From positions 384,001 to 448,000 of the forward strand of contig OY820579.1 of assembly GCA_963681965.1 (NCBI GenBank): DNA of 64,000 nt, in the 5' to 3' direction. This DNA comes from a bacterium (lineage in GTDB: Bacteria > Electryoneota > JAOADG01). A program made the position numbers and the translations under genes. Below the pieces are notes generated by a model. The model saw nothing but the letters and a program-made list of their open reading frames with translations. It was not told where the DNA came from and made no database searches. Shown in pieces: positions 22,176-34,000 of this stretch; positions within the stretch are counted from its first letter, which is position 1, and each line of letters begins with the position of its first letter.

Positions 22176-22901
22176 TCATTCCCCACTATTGATTGGTTCG
22201 GGCGGTGAATCCGAGCCGGAATATGGAGAGGGATTATAATCGGGAGTGGTTGAAATCGCTTCGGATTCGTAGCCGTTATTCAGTTGCGACCGATTCTGTT
22301 CGAGCGTTGCCTGACGCTGTCCTAATGTTGTGGCTTTATCAATACCCAGTTTCGCTTCAGCGTGGTTTGGTGCCAATTCCAGTACTTTGTGGTACATTGC
22401 CAGTGCATTTTCAAATTCACTCACATACGAGTATAAATCACCTGCTTTCAGGTATATTTCGGGATTTGAAGGATCGAGTGTCGATGCTTGAAGGATTGCC
22501 GAAATTGCCGCTTGGTTGTCTCCGGCAGCGTGTTCGGCATCGGCAAGAGCAATGTAAGCCAGAACCAGTTTAGGATTAAGACGAATCGCTTCGGTGATAA
22601 ATTTCATCGCAAAATCGACTTTGTTCAATTTCAGGTAGCAGCGTCCGATTCCGGTCAGTGCTTCGGGATTGCCAGCAGCTTTTTGATTGGATGTTTGATA
22701 TGCTTCGAGGGCATCGCCGAATTCGCGACTTTCATAATAATCATTTCCCCGATTCAACCAAGCTTCGGGTGTATCGTCCAAACTCCTCCACCAGTAAAAC
22801 GCAAGAATAATTGCGATCAGACCAAGGAGTGGAAACGCGATGTAAAGAAACCAGAACTTCGATTTCACTCCCTTTGGCATTAACGGGGTTTGGGATAACA
22901 T
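22176..22901 (-). CDS. Membrane-anchored TPR protein, paralog 2
   Basis: Same architecture and motifs as neighbours; GAGG SD. Confidence 0.85.
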   Translation of the reverse strand: MLSQTPLMPKGVKSKFWFLYIAFPLLGLIAIILAFYWWRSLDDTPEAWLNRGNDYYESREFGDALEAYQTSNQKAAGNPEALTGIGRCYLKLNKVDFAMKFITEAIRLNPKLVLAYIALADAEHAAGDNQAAISAILQASTLDPSNPEIYLKAGDLYSYVSEFENALAMYHKVLELAPNHAEAKLGIDKATTLGQRQATLEQNRSQLNNGYESEAISTTPDYNPSPYSGSDSPPEPINSGE

Positions 22902-23053
22902 TTATACCTCAGTGGAAAAAAATAATATGTTCGAATACATATGGTGAATGAATTAAATGACTTATACTAACCAAGTGAATGGTGTATCGGTGGAAGATAG
23001 TGGATTATTTCGAACAATCTAATCTGAGTTTCCATTCACTTGTTTACATCACG

Positions 23054-23965
23054 TTACTCAGATGAAAGTCCCTCGTTGGATTCTTCAGGTGGAACATATT
23101 CGTGATCGTGAACCGACATGGTAGAAATGGTCTCTTTCTCGAATCCTTCCCGGGGAACATGATTTTGAAATCGCGAATAGATCGCCTGTTGTTGTTGTTT
23201 GTCAACCGATCTCGTCAATCCTTTTTTCGCTTCGGTATTATCGGGATCGAGAATTATCACCTTCTGATACATCGAATAAGAATTTTCGAATTCACTTACT
23301 CGCCAGAACAGATCGGCGCACTTTAACAGGATTGCAATATTATTCGGTTCCATTTCGGTCGCCTGAAGCATCGCAGATACTGCCGCACGCCCTTCTCCCA
23401 TCGACCATTCGAGATCGGACTGTGCGAGCAATGCTGGTGTGTACTTAGGATCGATTTTCACCGCTTCGGTAACGAACGATAGACCAACAACCGGTTTATT
23501 CAATTTGCAATAACAATTGGCGATTCCAACCAAGGTTTCCGGATTATCCGGCAAGCGTATATTCGATTTCTGATAGGCAGTCAAAGCTTCGCCGTACTCC
23601 ATGTTCCGGTAAAATGTATTCGCTCGCTCCAACCAAGCTTCAGGTGAATCCGAGAATTTCTTGTAAGTGAAGAACACAATAATTGTAATTAAACACACCG
23701 AAACCGGAACTACGAAGTAAAGAAACCAAAATCGCGAAGTGATTTTCGGTGGTAATCTCGTAGTGCCTAGTTTTACATCTGGCGGTATACCGATTGATTC
23801 ATCCGATTTGTGCTGTGCTTCGTGCGAAGATGCCGGTCGTTCATTCGGTCCCCGATTTTCTCCAACGGTCTGTGACGGCTTCCCGAAGGAAATATCTCCA
23901 GAATCGTTGAAATCTTTGAGGGGATCGTAGTCATACTTAGGAGTACCGGTCGAATCAGTTGCCAT
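23054..23965 (-). CDS. Membrane-anchored TPR protein, paralog 1 (longer disordered N-terminus)
   Basis: FWFLYFVVP TM segment, DSPEAWL, TPRs; GAGG SD. Confidence 0.85.
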   Translation of the reverse strand: MATDSTGTPKYDYDPLKDFNDSGDISFGKPSQTVGENRGPNERPASSHEAQHKSDESIGIPPDVKLGTTRLPPKITSRFWFLYFVVPVSVCLITIIVFFTYKKFSDSPEAWLERANTFYRNMEYGEALTAYQKSNIRLPDNPETLVGIANCYCKLNKPVVGLSFVTEAVKIDPKYTPALLAQSDLEWSMGEGRAAVSAMLQATEMEPNNIAILLKCADLFWRVSEFENSYSMYQKVIILDPDNTEAKKGLTRSVDKQQQQAIYSRFQNHVPREGFEKETISTMSVHDHEYVPPEESNEGLSSE

Positions 23966-24150
23966 CGATACCTCGTAGTCGGAACACCAGAAAATAGGGA
24001 ATTGCCGATAACAATGAAAGTTAAATTAATCGAAAACTTAAATATTTCGGTCAAGTCATTATCCCCGGTTGTCTGTATGGGGTTTCCAACCGTATTTTGA
24101 AGCGTTTTGAAAAGATTCGTATATCTGAGAGTATAATTGGAGAATCTGCA

Positions 24151-25548
24151 ATGGCAGAAATGCAATTTGATTTGATCGTTATCGGATCGGGTCCCGGTGG
24201 CTACGAGGCAGCAATTCGCGCAAGTCAGCTCGGTATGAAAACGGCTGTTATCGAAGAGAAACATCTCGGCGGAATCTGTTTGAATTGGGGCTGTATTCCC
24301 ACCAAAGCTCTTCTGAAATCGGCAGAAATGTTTCTAACCATGAAACACGCCAAAGATTACGGACTCAGTGCCGAGGGTATCGGTTACGATTGGAAAGCAA
24401 TCGTCGCTCGATCGCGCAAGGTCGCAGATATGTCGATGCGTGGCGTCCAATTCCTGTTTAAGAAGAATAAACTGGAACATATCGCCGGACGAGGCACTGT
24501 CACCGGTAAAAATGAAGTTACTGTTACCGCCGCTGACGGCAGTACAAAAGCCTATTCCTCGAAATTCATCATGGTCGCAACCGGCGCTCGAACGCGTGAA
24601 TTGCCGCAGATTAAACTCGATCACAAGCGAATCATCGGCAGTCACGAAGCAATGTCGCTTCCGGATCAACCAAAATCGCTGGTGGTGATTGGCGGTGGTG
24701 CGATCGGTAGTGAATTTGCCTATTTCTACAATGCGTTCGGGACGAAAGTGACCCAACTGGAAATGTTGCCACGACTGGTTCCTGCTGGCGATGCCGAATT
24801 AGGAGATCTGCTGACAAAAAGCTTCGGCAAGCTTGGAATTGATGTCCGTGTGAATGCAACGGTGCAATCGATACTACCCACCGAATCCGGCGTGAAAGTA
24901 ACGTGGACTGCCGCAGGTAAAGAAGATTCCGTTGAAGCCGATTTAGCATTACTCGCGATCGGTGTGACGGGAAATGTGGAAAATCTCGGTCTTGAAGCGC
25001 TTGGCATCGGAGTCGAACGCGGTGCAATCAAAGTTAACAAAAACTATCAAACCGCTATCGCCAATATTTATGCCATCGGCGATTGTATCGGTGCTCCGTG
25101 GCTGGCACACACCGCCAGTGCCGAAGGTATCCATGCGATCGAGCACATGAATGGATTGAATCCACATGCTATCGATTATGAATCCATGCCTGCAGTGACC
25201 TATTGTCAACCCCAATTCGCGAGTATCGGTTTCAGTGAAGAACAGGCAAAAGAGCGCGGATTGGAAGTGAAGATCGGTAAATATCCGTTTAGTGCCAATG
25301 GTAAAGCACGCGCTGCCGGTGAAACCGATGGGTTAGTGAAATTAATCTTCGATGCAAAATATGGCGAACTACTCGGTGCTCATATTCTTGGTCACGATGC
25401 CGGTGAATTGCTCGCCGAACTCTGTTTGGCAAAATCGGCTGAAGCAACCGGTAATTTAATTCACCACACGATTCACAGCCATCCGACCTTGTCGGAAGCA
25501 ATCAAAGAAGCTGCCGGTGCAGCGTATGGATTAGCAATCAATATCTGA
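24151..25548 (+). CDS. lpdA: Dihydrolipoamide dehydrogenase
   Basis: GSGPGG FAD site, GGICLNWGCIPTK redox disulfide, GGGAIG, HPTLSE; ATG at 24151 with GGAG SD. Confidence 0.95.
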   Translation: MAEMQFDLIVIGSGPGGYEAAIRASQLGMKTAVIEEKHLGGICLNWGCIPTKALLKSAEMFLTMKHAKDYGLSAEGIGYDWKAIVARSRKVADMSMRGVQFLFKKNKLEHIAGRGTVTGKNEVTVTAADGSTKAYSSKFIMVATGARTRELPQIKLDHKRIIGSHEAMSLPDQPKSLVVIGGGAIGSEFAYFYNAFGTKVTQLEMLPRLVPAGDAELGDLLTKSFGKLGIDVRVNATVQSILPTESGVKVTWTAAGKEDSVEADLALLAIGVTGNVENLGLEALGIGVERGAIKVNKNYQTAIANIYAIGDCIGAPWLAHTASAEGIHAIEHMNGLNPHAIDYESMPAVTYCQPQFASIGFSEEQAKERGLEVKIGKYPFSANGKARAAGETDGLVKLIFDAKYGELLGAHILGHDAGELLAELCLAKSAEATGNLIHHTIHSHPTLSEAIKEAAGAAYGLAINI

Positions 25549-25558
25549 TCGAGGCACA

Positions 25559-26668
25559 GTGAACGAGAATTCTACCGACCGCGAACGCATCTTTTTCGAA
25601 CATCTCGACGAACGGGTTGTTTGGGTACAAGATTTTCTATTGAACAATCGATTTTTGGAACGATTTGCTCCCGACGATATCCGAGAAGCAGTCGCCGCTT
25701 ATATCCGCTATGGCGGGAAGCGGTTGCGACCGGCAATCCTGTTATTTTCCTGCGGTGCCGTCGGTTGCGACGAACGAAAAGCCCTTCCTGCAGCTTCCGC
25801 AGTGGAAGTCTTTCACACTTGGACATTGGTTCACGACGATATCATCGATCGTGACGGTACACGTCGGGGTAAAGACACGGTACACGAACGGTTTCGGAAG
25901 GAATCGTCGCAACGTGAAAAATTCCCCTTGGAAAATTCGGAAGCGGCACATTATGGCGTTGCGATTGCAATATTGGCAGGCGATGTCCAACACGGGTGGG
26001 GCGTCTCGATGATGACCGAGTTGTCGTCGCAGCACGGGGTCGATCCGAAAGTAGCGCTATTCCTGATCAACCGTCTAGACACCCGGGTCTTGAATATTCT
26101 AGTCGAAGGTGAAGTGCTTGACGTTCAATTCTCGCACCTCCCCATCGATGAACTTACGGAAGAAGCCATCATCGATATGCTTTGGCGAAAAACCGGCGTA
26201 TTATACGAATTCTGTGCTCAAGCCGGTGCGATGATCGGACTTGACACCGACGATCCGGAACACCCGATCGTTCATGCACTGGGACGTTTTTCATCGCTTT
26301 GCGGTATCGCATTTCAATTACAGGACGATATTCTGGGTATCGTCGGTAACGAGAAGAAACTTGGTAAACCGGTCGGAAGCGATCTTCGCGAAGGAAAACG
26401 CACGACGATCGTCAGTTATGCTTATCGGCGATCCTCACCGGAACAGCGCATACTGATGGATCGTGTTCTGGGCAATTGCCAGGCGACTACAGAAGACGTC
26501 AAGGCAGTTACCGATTGGCTGGTTGCGTCCGGTGGTGTGCAGTATACGATCGATAAAGCCAATGGGTATATTCACGAAGCGTTGCCGTTATTGGAAGTAC
26601 TCCCAAAATCAAAATACCGCGATCTCTTGCAAGCGTGGGCTGAATACTTGATCAGTAGATCGTTTTAA
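25559..26668 (+). CDS. Short-chain polyprenyl diphosphate synthase (GGPP synthase-like)
   Basis: GGKRLRP, FARM HDDIID..RRG, KT, SARM FQLQDDILG, GSDLREGK. Confidence 0.9.
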   Translation: MNENSTDRERIFFEHLDERVVWVQDFLLNNRFLERFAPDDIREAVAAYIRYGGKRLRPAILLFSCGAVGCDERKALPAASAVEVFHTWTLVHDDIIDRDGTRRGKDTVHERFRKESSQREKFPLENSEAAHYGVAIAILAGDVQHGWGVSMMTELSSQHGVDPKVALFLINRLDTRVLNILVEGEVLDVQFSHLPIDELTEEAIIDMLWRKTGVLYEFCAQAGAMIGLDTDDPEHPIVHALGRFSSLCGIAFQLQDDILGIVGNEKKLGKPVGSDLREGKRTTIVSYAYRRSSPEQRILMDRVLGNCQATTEDVKAVTDWLVASGGVQYTIDKANGYIHEALPLLEVLPKSKYRDLLQAWAEYLISRSF

Positions 26669-26711
26669 TTTATCTGTTTTCGATTCGCTTCTATTAACAA
26701 GCGAGGAGAAT

Positions 26712-27314
26712 GTGACACACGACGAACAAATGAAAGCAGTCGCCAACGGATTGTTGGCATCGGCAGAAGTGAAACGTGCTTCGGCGGCAAACGAAGTATT
26801 GCTCCAAACCATCTGTACGATTGCAGAGCGCATCGCGGATACGATTCGCAACGGCGGAAAAGTGCTATTCTGCGGCAATGGCGGTTCGGCAGCAGATTCA
26901 CAACACTTGGCTACAGAACTGGTCGTACGGTTATCTGGTGATTACGAACGTCCGGCAATTGCCGCACTGGCATTAACGACTGATAGCTCGATTCTAACTG
27001 GTTGTGCCAACGATTACGGGTACGACCATGTGTTCAAGCGCCAAGTAGAAGCACTTGGCAGCGTCGGTGACGTTTTGATTGCGATTTCCACTTCCGGCAA
27101 ATCGAGTTCGGTGTTGGCGGCAATGGCAGCAGCCCGTGCCAAAGGCGTTACCACTGTGGCGTGGTGTGGTGCCGATCCGCGCGGAATGGGCGCATTGGCT
27201 GATTACGTCGTTAGTGTTCCATCGCAGGTGACCGCGCACATTCAGGAAACGCACATCACACTCGGTCATCTTTTGATTCACCTGGTGGAACGGATTCTTT
27301 ATCCCCGGAATTAA
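26712..27314 (+). CDS. gmhA: Phosphoheptose isomerase (SIS domain)
   Basis: CGNGGSAADSQH, NDYGY, ISTSG, IQETH. Confidence 0.92.
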   Translation: MTHDEQMKAVANGLLASAEVKRASAANEVLLQTICTIAERIADTIRNGGKVLFCGNGGSAADSQHLATELVVRLSGDYERPAIAALALTTDSSILTGCANDYGYDHVFKRQVEALGSVGDVLIAISTSGKSSSVLAAMAAARAKGVTTVAWCGADPRGMGALADYVVSVPSQVTAHIQETHITLGHLLIHLVERILYPRN

Positions 27315-27395
27315 ATCACCAGCAGCATTGCAACAACATCACTGCTGCAAATTCAATCGCGGAACCTCTAAGCTGCGGGAAGCCATCGAAACACT

Positions 27396-29321
27396 ATGAC
27401 TTGGTTAAATTCCTCTCTTCTTCCGTTTCTGGCTGCAGCCGGTATTCCGTTGTTGCTATATCTTCTTTCCCGTCGGAAGTTGCCGAAAATTCCCTTTTCG
27501 TCCATCCGATTCCTGAAACTGCTCGAAAAAAAACAGCACCGCCGGGTCAATATCACGCAGTGGTTATTAATTCTTTTGAGAATTCTCGCGATTCTCTGTA
27601 TTGTCGCGGCGTTTGCTCGTCCGTTATCGGTGGGTGCTTTCCCGGTAGGCTCGCCCGCCAATGCAGAAATAACCATTGTGCTGGATCGGTCGGCATCGAT
27701 GGCGGCGCATACTGCTGCAGGTTCGCCATTCGATCAAGCGGTACGCGTAATTCGACAGTTTGCGAATACGCTAACATCACAGGATAAAATCACACTGCTA
27801 TTTGCCGACGATCTGGATTCAAATCGAATCTATACCTCGCTTCCGGTCATCAAATCGGCGTTAGATGGCGAGTCACCGAAAACACTTCCCGATAATATCG
27901 CGGGCGCGCTGGCTCGAGCCGAACGGATTTTGCGGGTTTCCAGTGCACCGTTCCGATCATTGATCCTGCTTACCGACGGTGTCGGGCAAAACGATACCTT
28001 GAGCATTCAACCCGTTCCGAATATTCGGTATTTCCGCTGGACCCCACCGGAAATCAGCACAAACAATCTGGCAATATCCGATATCCAACAACTCGAACCG
28101 TTGCTGGATGCCAGCTCGGGAGTAACCGTTCGCACGACAGTTCACTCATACGCCGAGAATCCTCAATCGACTGCAATCAAGCTGTCGATTGCCTCACCAA
28201 CTGGAAGTTACGAGGCGATCGGCGAACAAAATCTTGATATGGCGGCACATTCCGAACGATCGGTGGACTGGATCGTAAAACCTCAAGGCTCCGGACCTTG
28301 GCGGCTTCGCGCCGAATTGTTGACGGAAGACCTCTTATCGACCGATAATTCTCGAGATTTATCGATCCCGGCACAACGCCAACGAGCGGTAGCAGTAAGT
28401 GGCGATCCATCACAGATCCGGATTATCGCTGCCGGACTTGCGGCAATGAATATTGGAGTTGCTGGTGTCGGCGAGCGGACTTCGACCGTGGCAATTCACG
28501 CAGGAAAACGTCCTCCACTGCAATCGGCGCAACAATGGCGAACCCGGCTGGAAACTGGCGAGTCGCTCTGGTTAATTCCGGCTTCCGATGCCGATGTAAG
28601 TGAGTGGAATCGCTGGTTACTGGCGGCAAATCTACCACAATTGCAAACCTATCAATCGGTTGGTCGAAGCCGCTATCCTCTAAACAAAGATCAACTAGCC
28701 AGTTGTCTGCGCGCTTGGGTGAAATCGCCGGATATCGCAGTCGGTGGACGGTGGTCTGTTTCATCCGCTAGTATCAGCAGTTTGAATTTCGCCGATGGTG
28801 CTTCGGCTTGGATCGACCAGAAAGACGGAAAAGGGTATTTCCGATTGGAGACAATTCCGGTAACTGGTGCTGGATGGGAAACCGAACCGTTACGAATTCC
28901 GTTACTTGCACGCGGGTTGGCGATGCTGCAGGGAGTTGATGCTGCACCTTCGGTAGAATGCTCTGCGTCAGTTCCGATTCCTGACGAATTCCGTACATCA
29001 GTTCGTTGGACTTCACCATCCGGAACCATTGAATTCGCAGATCTAAATCGGATTCATTTCACCGAACCCGGTTTTTGGCGCGATGATTCCAACCGAATTT
29101 GGACGGCGACCTTTCCGTGCAATGAAAGCAATCGTAACAAACGAACCCGGTTTGGCGGAATCGCCGATTCGACCTTCAAACCATTACCGAATAGCCCGGA
29201 GGCTGCAATCACTTCGTGGAAACAGACCCGCGACGGTCGCGAGTGGCGCAGCTATTTATTGGCAATGGCATTGCTGTTGCTCGTTTCGGAAAGCGTGATC
29301 GGTCGAAGCGCAAACAAATAG
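27396..29321 (+). CDS. BatA N-terminal / VWA domain membrane protein
   Basis: PLLLYLLSRR..IPFSSIRFL and LLILLRILA...AFARP; DRSASM MIDAS; LLTDG; C-terminal TM helix. Confidence 0.85.
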   Translation: MTWLNSSLLPFLAAAGIPLLLYLLSRRKLPKIPFSSIRFLKLLEKKQHRRVNITQWLLILLRILAILCIVAAFARPLSVGAFPVGSPANAEITIVLDRSASMAAHTAAGSPFDQAVRVIRQFANTLTSQDKITLLFADDLDSNRIYTSLPVIKSALDGESPKTLPDNIAGALARAERILRVSSAPFRSLILLTDGVGQNDTLSIQPVPNIRYFRWTPPEISTNNLAISDIQQLEPLLDASSGVTVRTTVHSYAENPQSTAIKLSIASPTGSYEAIGEQNLDMAAHSERSVDWIVKPQGSGPWRLRAELLTEDLLSTDNSRDLSIPAQRQRAVAVSGDPSQIRIIAAGLAAMNIGVAGVGERTSTVAIHAGKRPPLQSAQQWRTRLETGESLWLIPASDADVSEWNRWLLAANLPQLQTYQSVGRSRYPLNKDQLASCLRAWVKSPDIAVGGRWSVSSASISSLNFADGASAWIDQKDGKGYFRLETIPVTGAGWETEPLRIPLLARGLAMLQGVDAAPSVECSASVPIPDEFRTSVRWTSPSGTIEFADLNRIHFTEPGFWRDDSNRIWTATFPCNESNRNKRTRFGGIADSTFKPLPNSPEAAITSWKQTRDGREWRSYLLAMALLLLVSESVIGRSANK

Positions 29322-29354
29322 AAGCGAAGATTTTCCAAAAAATATTCCTGATAT

Positions 29355-29393
29355 AAAAAAAACGCATCATTGACAATAGTCAGTGATGCGTTT
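29355..29393. terminator. Terminator between convergent genes
   Basis: A8-CGCATCATTGAC-AATA-GTCAGTGATGCG-TTT. Confidence 0.75.
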
Positions 29394-29420
29394 AAAGCAA
29401 TAACAGTTGATTTTATAAGC

Positions 29421-30446
29421 TTACAAAGGAATCACGCGGGTCCAGCCGAATTTATCTTCGGTCGTTCCATTCTGGATCGATGTCAGCGTTTCGTACAGCT
29501 TTTTACAAACCGGACCAATTTCATCATTCTCTTGATACACAATGACTTTATCGCGGAAAGTGATGCTCTTGATTGGAGTAATTACGGCAGCCGTTCCACA
29601 GCACCCAGCTTCTTTCAAATAATCCAACTCATTAATGTGAACCGGGCGTTGTTCGACGGTAAGTCCCATCTCTTTGGCTAACGCCATCAGACTCATGTTG
29701 GTGACACTGGGTAAGATCGAGTTGGATTTGGGGGTAATATATTTCCCATCCGCGGTGATGCCGAAAAAGTTTGCGGGACCAGATTCGTCGATATACTCTT
29801 TTTTAATTGCATCGAGATAAAGCACTTCGGTATAACCGTTGTTATGTGCTTTGACTGTCGCACGTAACCCGGCAGCGTAATTTCCACCGACTTTGACGTC
29901 TCCAACCCCAAGCGGTGCGGCACGGTCGATTGTGTCTTCAACGATCAATTTGATCGGTTTGACCCCGGTTTTAAAGTAGGGTCCGACAGGAGTACAGAAG
30001 ACAAGGAACATGTACTCAGTCGCCGGTTTAACACCAACCAACGGCGAGATACCAACCAGTAGCGGGCGAATATACAGACTGGCACCGCTGCCATAAGGGG
30101 GAATGAACCGTTTATTGAGCTGAACCAGCTTATCAATGGCATTTAAAAACTTGTCTTTGGGGAACGGGACCATCTCAATTTTTTGAGCTGACCGGTACAT
30201 CCGATGTGCATTTTCTTCTGCTCGAAAAATGAGGGCTTGACCGTTCTTGTTTTCGAATACTTTGACACCCTCGAAACACTCCTGTCCATAGTGAAGGCAA
30301 GTGGCAGCAATGCTCAATTTTACCGAGTCTTCGTTAACGATTTGACCCTCGTCCCATTTACCGTCCCGATAGTAGTACTCGAGATGACAGTCGGTTTTCA
30401 GGTACCCAAACGGGAGCGATTGCCAGTTGATTTGCGCCTTGTCCAC
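29421..30446 (-). CDS. ilvE: Branched-chain amino acid aminotransferase
   Basis: LHYGQECFEGVK, LYIRP, VKVGGNYAA (PLP Lys), ILPSVT, GTAAVITP. Confidence 0.95.
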   Translation of the reverse strand: MDKAQINWQSLPFGYLKTDCHLEYYYRDGKWDEGQIVNEDSVKLSIAATCLHYGQECFEGVKVFENKNGQALIFRAEENAHRMYRSAQKIEMVPFPKDKFLNAIDKLVQLNKRFIPPYGSGASLYIRPLLVGISPLVGVKPATEYMFLVFCTPVGPYFKTGVKPIKLIVEDTIDRAAPLGVGDVKVGGNYAAGLRATVKAHNNGYTEVLYLDAIKKEYIDESGPANFFGITADGKYITPKSNSILPSVTNMSLMALAKEMGLTVEQRPVHINELDYLKEAGCCGTAAVITPIKSITFRDKVIVYQENDEIGPVCKKLYETLTSIQNGTTEDKFGWTRVIPL

Positions 30447-30890
30447 GAGAATTCCTCACTTGTTTGAGATTGTGGTACAACAAAGATAAATCAATTACCT
30501 GCTTCTTGCAATGGCACTAAATCCTCTGAGATACTCTTATTTTCTGCATTTCCGGAGAATTATGTCGAAAATCTGATCGCTTTGAACCAGTTAATCACGA
30601 TAGAAATCCCGAGTCAAGAGCGATAATCTTGTGAATTTCCTAATCGTGGTTTCCGGGAATGAAACAGGTGTACTATTCTCCGAAGATTTGTGTAATGAAT
30701 TCAGAATAAATAGTGGTTTTTGGTCGAATAGACCGAGTTGAAGGGGTAAACACTCGTGTGATCTGTCAATATTAATCTTAATTATGCTGAAAATTCAAGG
30801 AAATCGTAATAACTACCAGTCGATTTTGGACAGACGACTGATTTTTTAATAATTCAATCGACCTGACATCCACAGTTGGACCTTGCCTAT

Positions 30891-31009
30891 GATAGTTGTT
30901 CTCGAAAATAAGTTGTCATGATTCGGTGTCAGGCTTCGCCTGACCTGTGGGTGGAAGCGGGGTTCCGCCCCCTACTACCGATAACAAATGATTTTCAAGA
31001 GAGACTATT
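30891..31009 (+). mobile_element. MITE copy 2
   Basis: Same TIRs and internal GTCAGGCTTCGCCTGAC and ..TCCGCCCCCTAC hairpins as the other copies. Confidence 0.85.
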
Positions 31010-31018
31010 GTAATTCAA

Positions 31019-34000
31019 TTACTTTGTCGCAGCTTCGGCACGTGCACGATATTCGGCAGCTTTTTCCAAGTCACCTAGTTGTTCATAAGTTTCATAAATA
31101 CTCTTGAAGATGCTAACGGTCTTCGGGTGCCGTTCACCCAAAATCGCTAGACAGATTTCCAGCGCATTTTGGTGAAACTCCAATGCCCGACTCGGCTCAC
31201 CTTTATCATTATACACCGACCCGATGTTATTGTAGGACGTCGCAACAAAGGGGTGACGTGACCCGAGCGCTGCGATACGGACATTTAGCGCTTTTTGGAA
31301 TACCTCCAGTGCCCGATCATACTCTTTTTTCTCGTAATACACACATCCCATACTATTGTAAGTATTGGCGGTAGCGGGATGCCGGTCGCCCAGCACTGCT
31401 AATTGGATATCCAACGCTTTTTGGAGAACCTCCGATGCCCGATCATACTCCTTTAAATTGAAATAAACATTTCCAATATTGCCGTAGGACAATGCGGTGT
31501 CGGGATGCTGGTCGCCCAAGGTTGCTAACTGAATTTCGAGCGATTTCCGGTAAACCTCTAGTGCCTTGTCGTACTCCCGATTTTCGAAATAAACACTCCC
31601 GATATTTCCATAGGACCACGCGGTATCGGAATGGCAATCTCCCAATACCGCCAACCGGATTTCCAACGATTTTTGAAGAACTTCCAGCGCCTTGTCCAAT
31701 TTGCCGATACGCCCGTAAATATTCCCGATACTGCTGTAGGACATTGCCGTAGCATTGTGATGTTCACCTAAGACAACTAATTGGATATCCAGCGATTTCT
31801 GGTGATACTCCAAGGCAAGATCGAACTGCCCCTTGTTAAAGTAAATATTTCCGATATTGTTATAGGTCATCAAGGTATCGGGGTGCCGGTCGCCCATAAT
31901 GACTAATTGGATTTCCAACGATTTCGTGTATTCCTCTAATGCTCGATCGTACACACCTTGACGGCTATAAATAATACCAAGATTTCGATGAGAAATTGCC
32001 ATTTCGAGTTGTTGTTCACCACGATACTGCCGATTCAGCACCAAACTTCGTTGGTTCGCAACAAGCGCTTTTTCGAAGTGGCATTGCTCCAACTCGAACA
32101 TTCCCGCTTTGTTATAATAGACTACTGCCTGCGCCCATTCTTCCGCTTGGTCGAAATGAGTCGCGATATCGAACCATTGTTGATAATCATCTTCAAAGAG
32201 GTGCACCATCGTATCGGCAGCAAGTTTGTGTAATTTGCGTACCTGTTTCTTGAGTTGCATTTCATAAGCGGCATCGCGCAATAAAATATGACTGAACAAA
32301 TAGTGCAATTCATGGATCGCATTCCAGATGTGTTCCTGCTCTCCGGTTGCAAGCTGTTTCGAAAGTGTCGCACTTTTACTTTTTCGTTCCGATACCAGCG
32401 ATTTTAGCATTTCTGCCAATACTTGCACGGCAAATTCTCGACCCAGTACGCTGGCGGTATGCACTACTTGCTTCAAACCCGACTGCAATCGGTCGATTCG
32501 CGCGACTAATATCGATTGAATTTGTGACGGGAGTTCTTGTGCCGATTCCGAAAGCGTGAAGCGGTTCCCGACCAATTTGAGTTGATTCGTTTCCCGCAAA
32601 TAGAGCGCAAGCTGTTCGCAATAAAATGGATTTCCTTGTGAACGCTTGAAGAGATAGTCACTCACTGACTCGGTAATCTCCGATCCGAGTAAGTTAACAG
32701 TGAACGCAGAAATTTGTTCGGGGGAAAGGGCATTTAAATCAATTTCGTCGACCGCTACATCATGATCAAGTCTAAGTCGAGGCTTGCTCCCATCGTCGGA
32801 ATATCGCGAAGTGACGATCATTTTGAATGGAATCGCTTCGGCGTGTCGCGTTAGAGTAGCAACAACTGCTTTTGATTCATCGTCGAGCCAATGCAAATCT
32901 TCCAGAACGAGTACGACGGGTTGAAGCTGACAATACGCTTCGAGAAGGGATTTGATGGCAAACCGTACGACCGTGGATCGCTCTCGCGGGATAATATTCG
33001 CGTAATTTGACCCTTCCCACGCGAGTCCGACCATACTAGCGATGATCGATTCGATTCGAATGAGTTCCTGCTGGAGCGCTGGTGCAATCGAACGACACCG
33101 GTCGGCAAATTTGATCCATTGCTCGCGAAAATAGCTGCGGCGTTGCTCGATTGAATCGATCTCACCGCTGGTAAAAGTATGGCGAATCCATTCGACGAAC
33201 GGATTCAGCGGATTTTGAAGAATCGGATCGGTAGACAACGTTATAACTTGCGCACGATCCGAAATAGCTTGAGCAAATTCAAAGATCAGGCGTGATTTGC
33301 CTTGTCCCGCTTCACCGTAAAGATAGGTAACAGATGCGAATCTTCGATCCTTCCAAATTGCCTCCGAAACAGCTTCCAAGCGTTTCAATTCGGTATCGCG
33401 ACCGATCATTTTCGTTAAATACCTCGGCGCTGCTTGCGATTTTCGAAGTTGAGTAACGCGATAGACCGGGATCGGATTAGAAAACCCTTTGAAATCGTAT
33501 TCTCCAAGTTCGGCAAATTGCCACCGATCCTTAGTCGATTCGAAAATGCGCTGTCCGCACCATACCGCTCCAAACTCGGCATTCATCATCATTCGCGCGG
33601 CAAGATTTACCGATAAACCGAGAGCAGTATATTCGCAACGTCGTTTTGAGCCGACGATACCGGCAAAGGCAGTCCCTTGTGTAAGTCCGATCCGGACGAC
33701 ATTAGCGTACTCATCGCGAATCGTCGTCGCGAATTCGAGGGCACGATGCGACATCTTTTCCAGTGCCGTTGGCGCACCGAATAGAACCAGGATGACACAC
33801 CCTTTGTCACTCACATCGACTTTATTGAAATAGCCACCGAAGCGATCCGATAACGTCAGAATGTGCTCGATTTTTTTCGCATCAATTCGATTCAGGTTGA
33901 TAAAACAAGCGACGATATCGCGAAATTCGCCGGAAGTTTTTTGCGACAATATTGAGCGTGGAACGAACCGTGTATTTACCGCTCGAATATTGTGTCGATG

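Noticed and set aside
31100-32000. 126-bp periodic DNA repeats
   Set aside because: Explained by the 42-aa TPR units of the cyclase-STAND protein.
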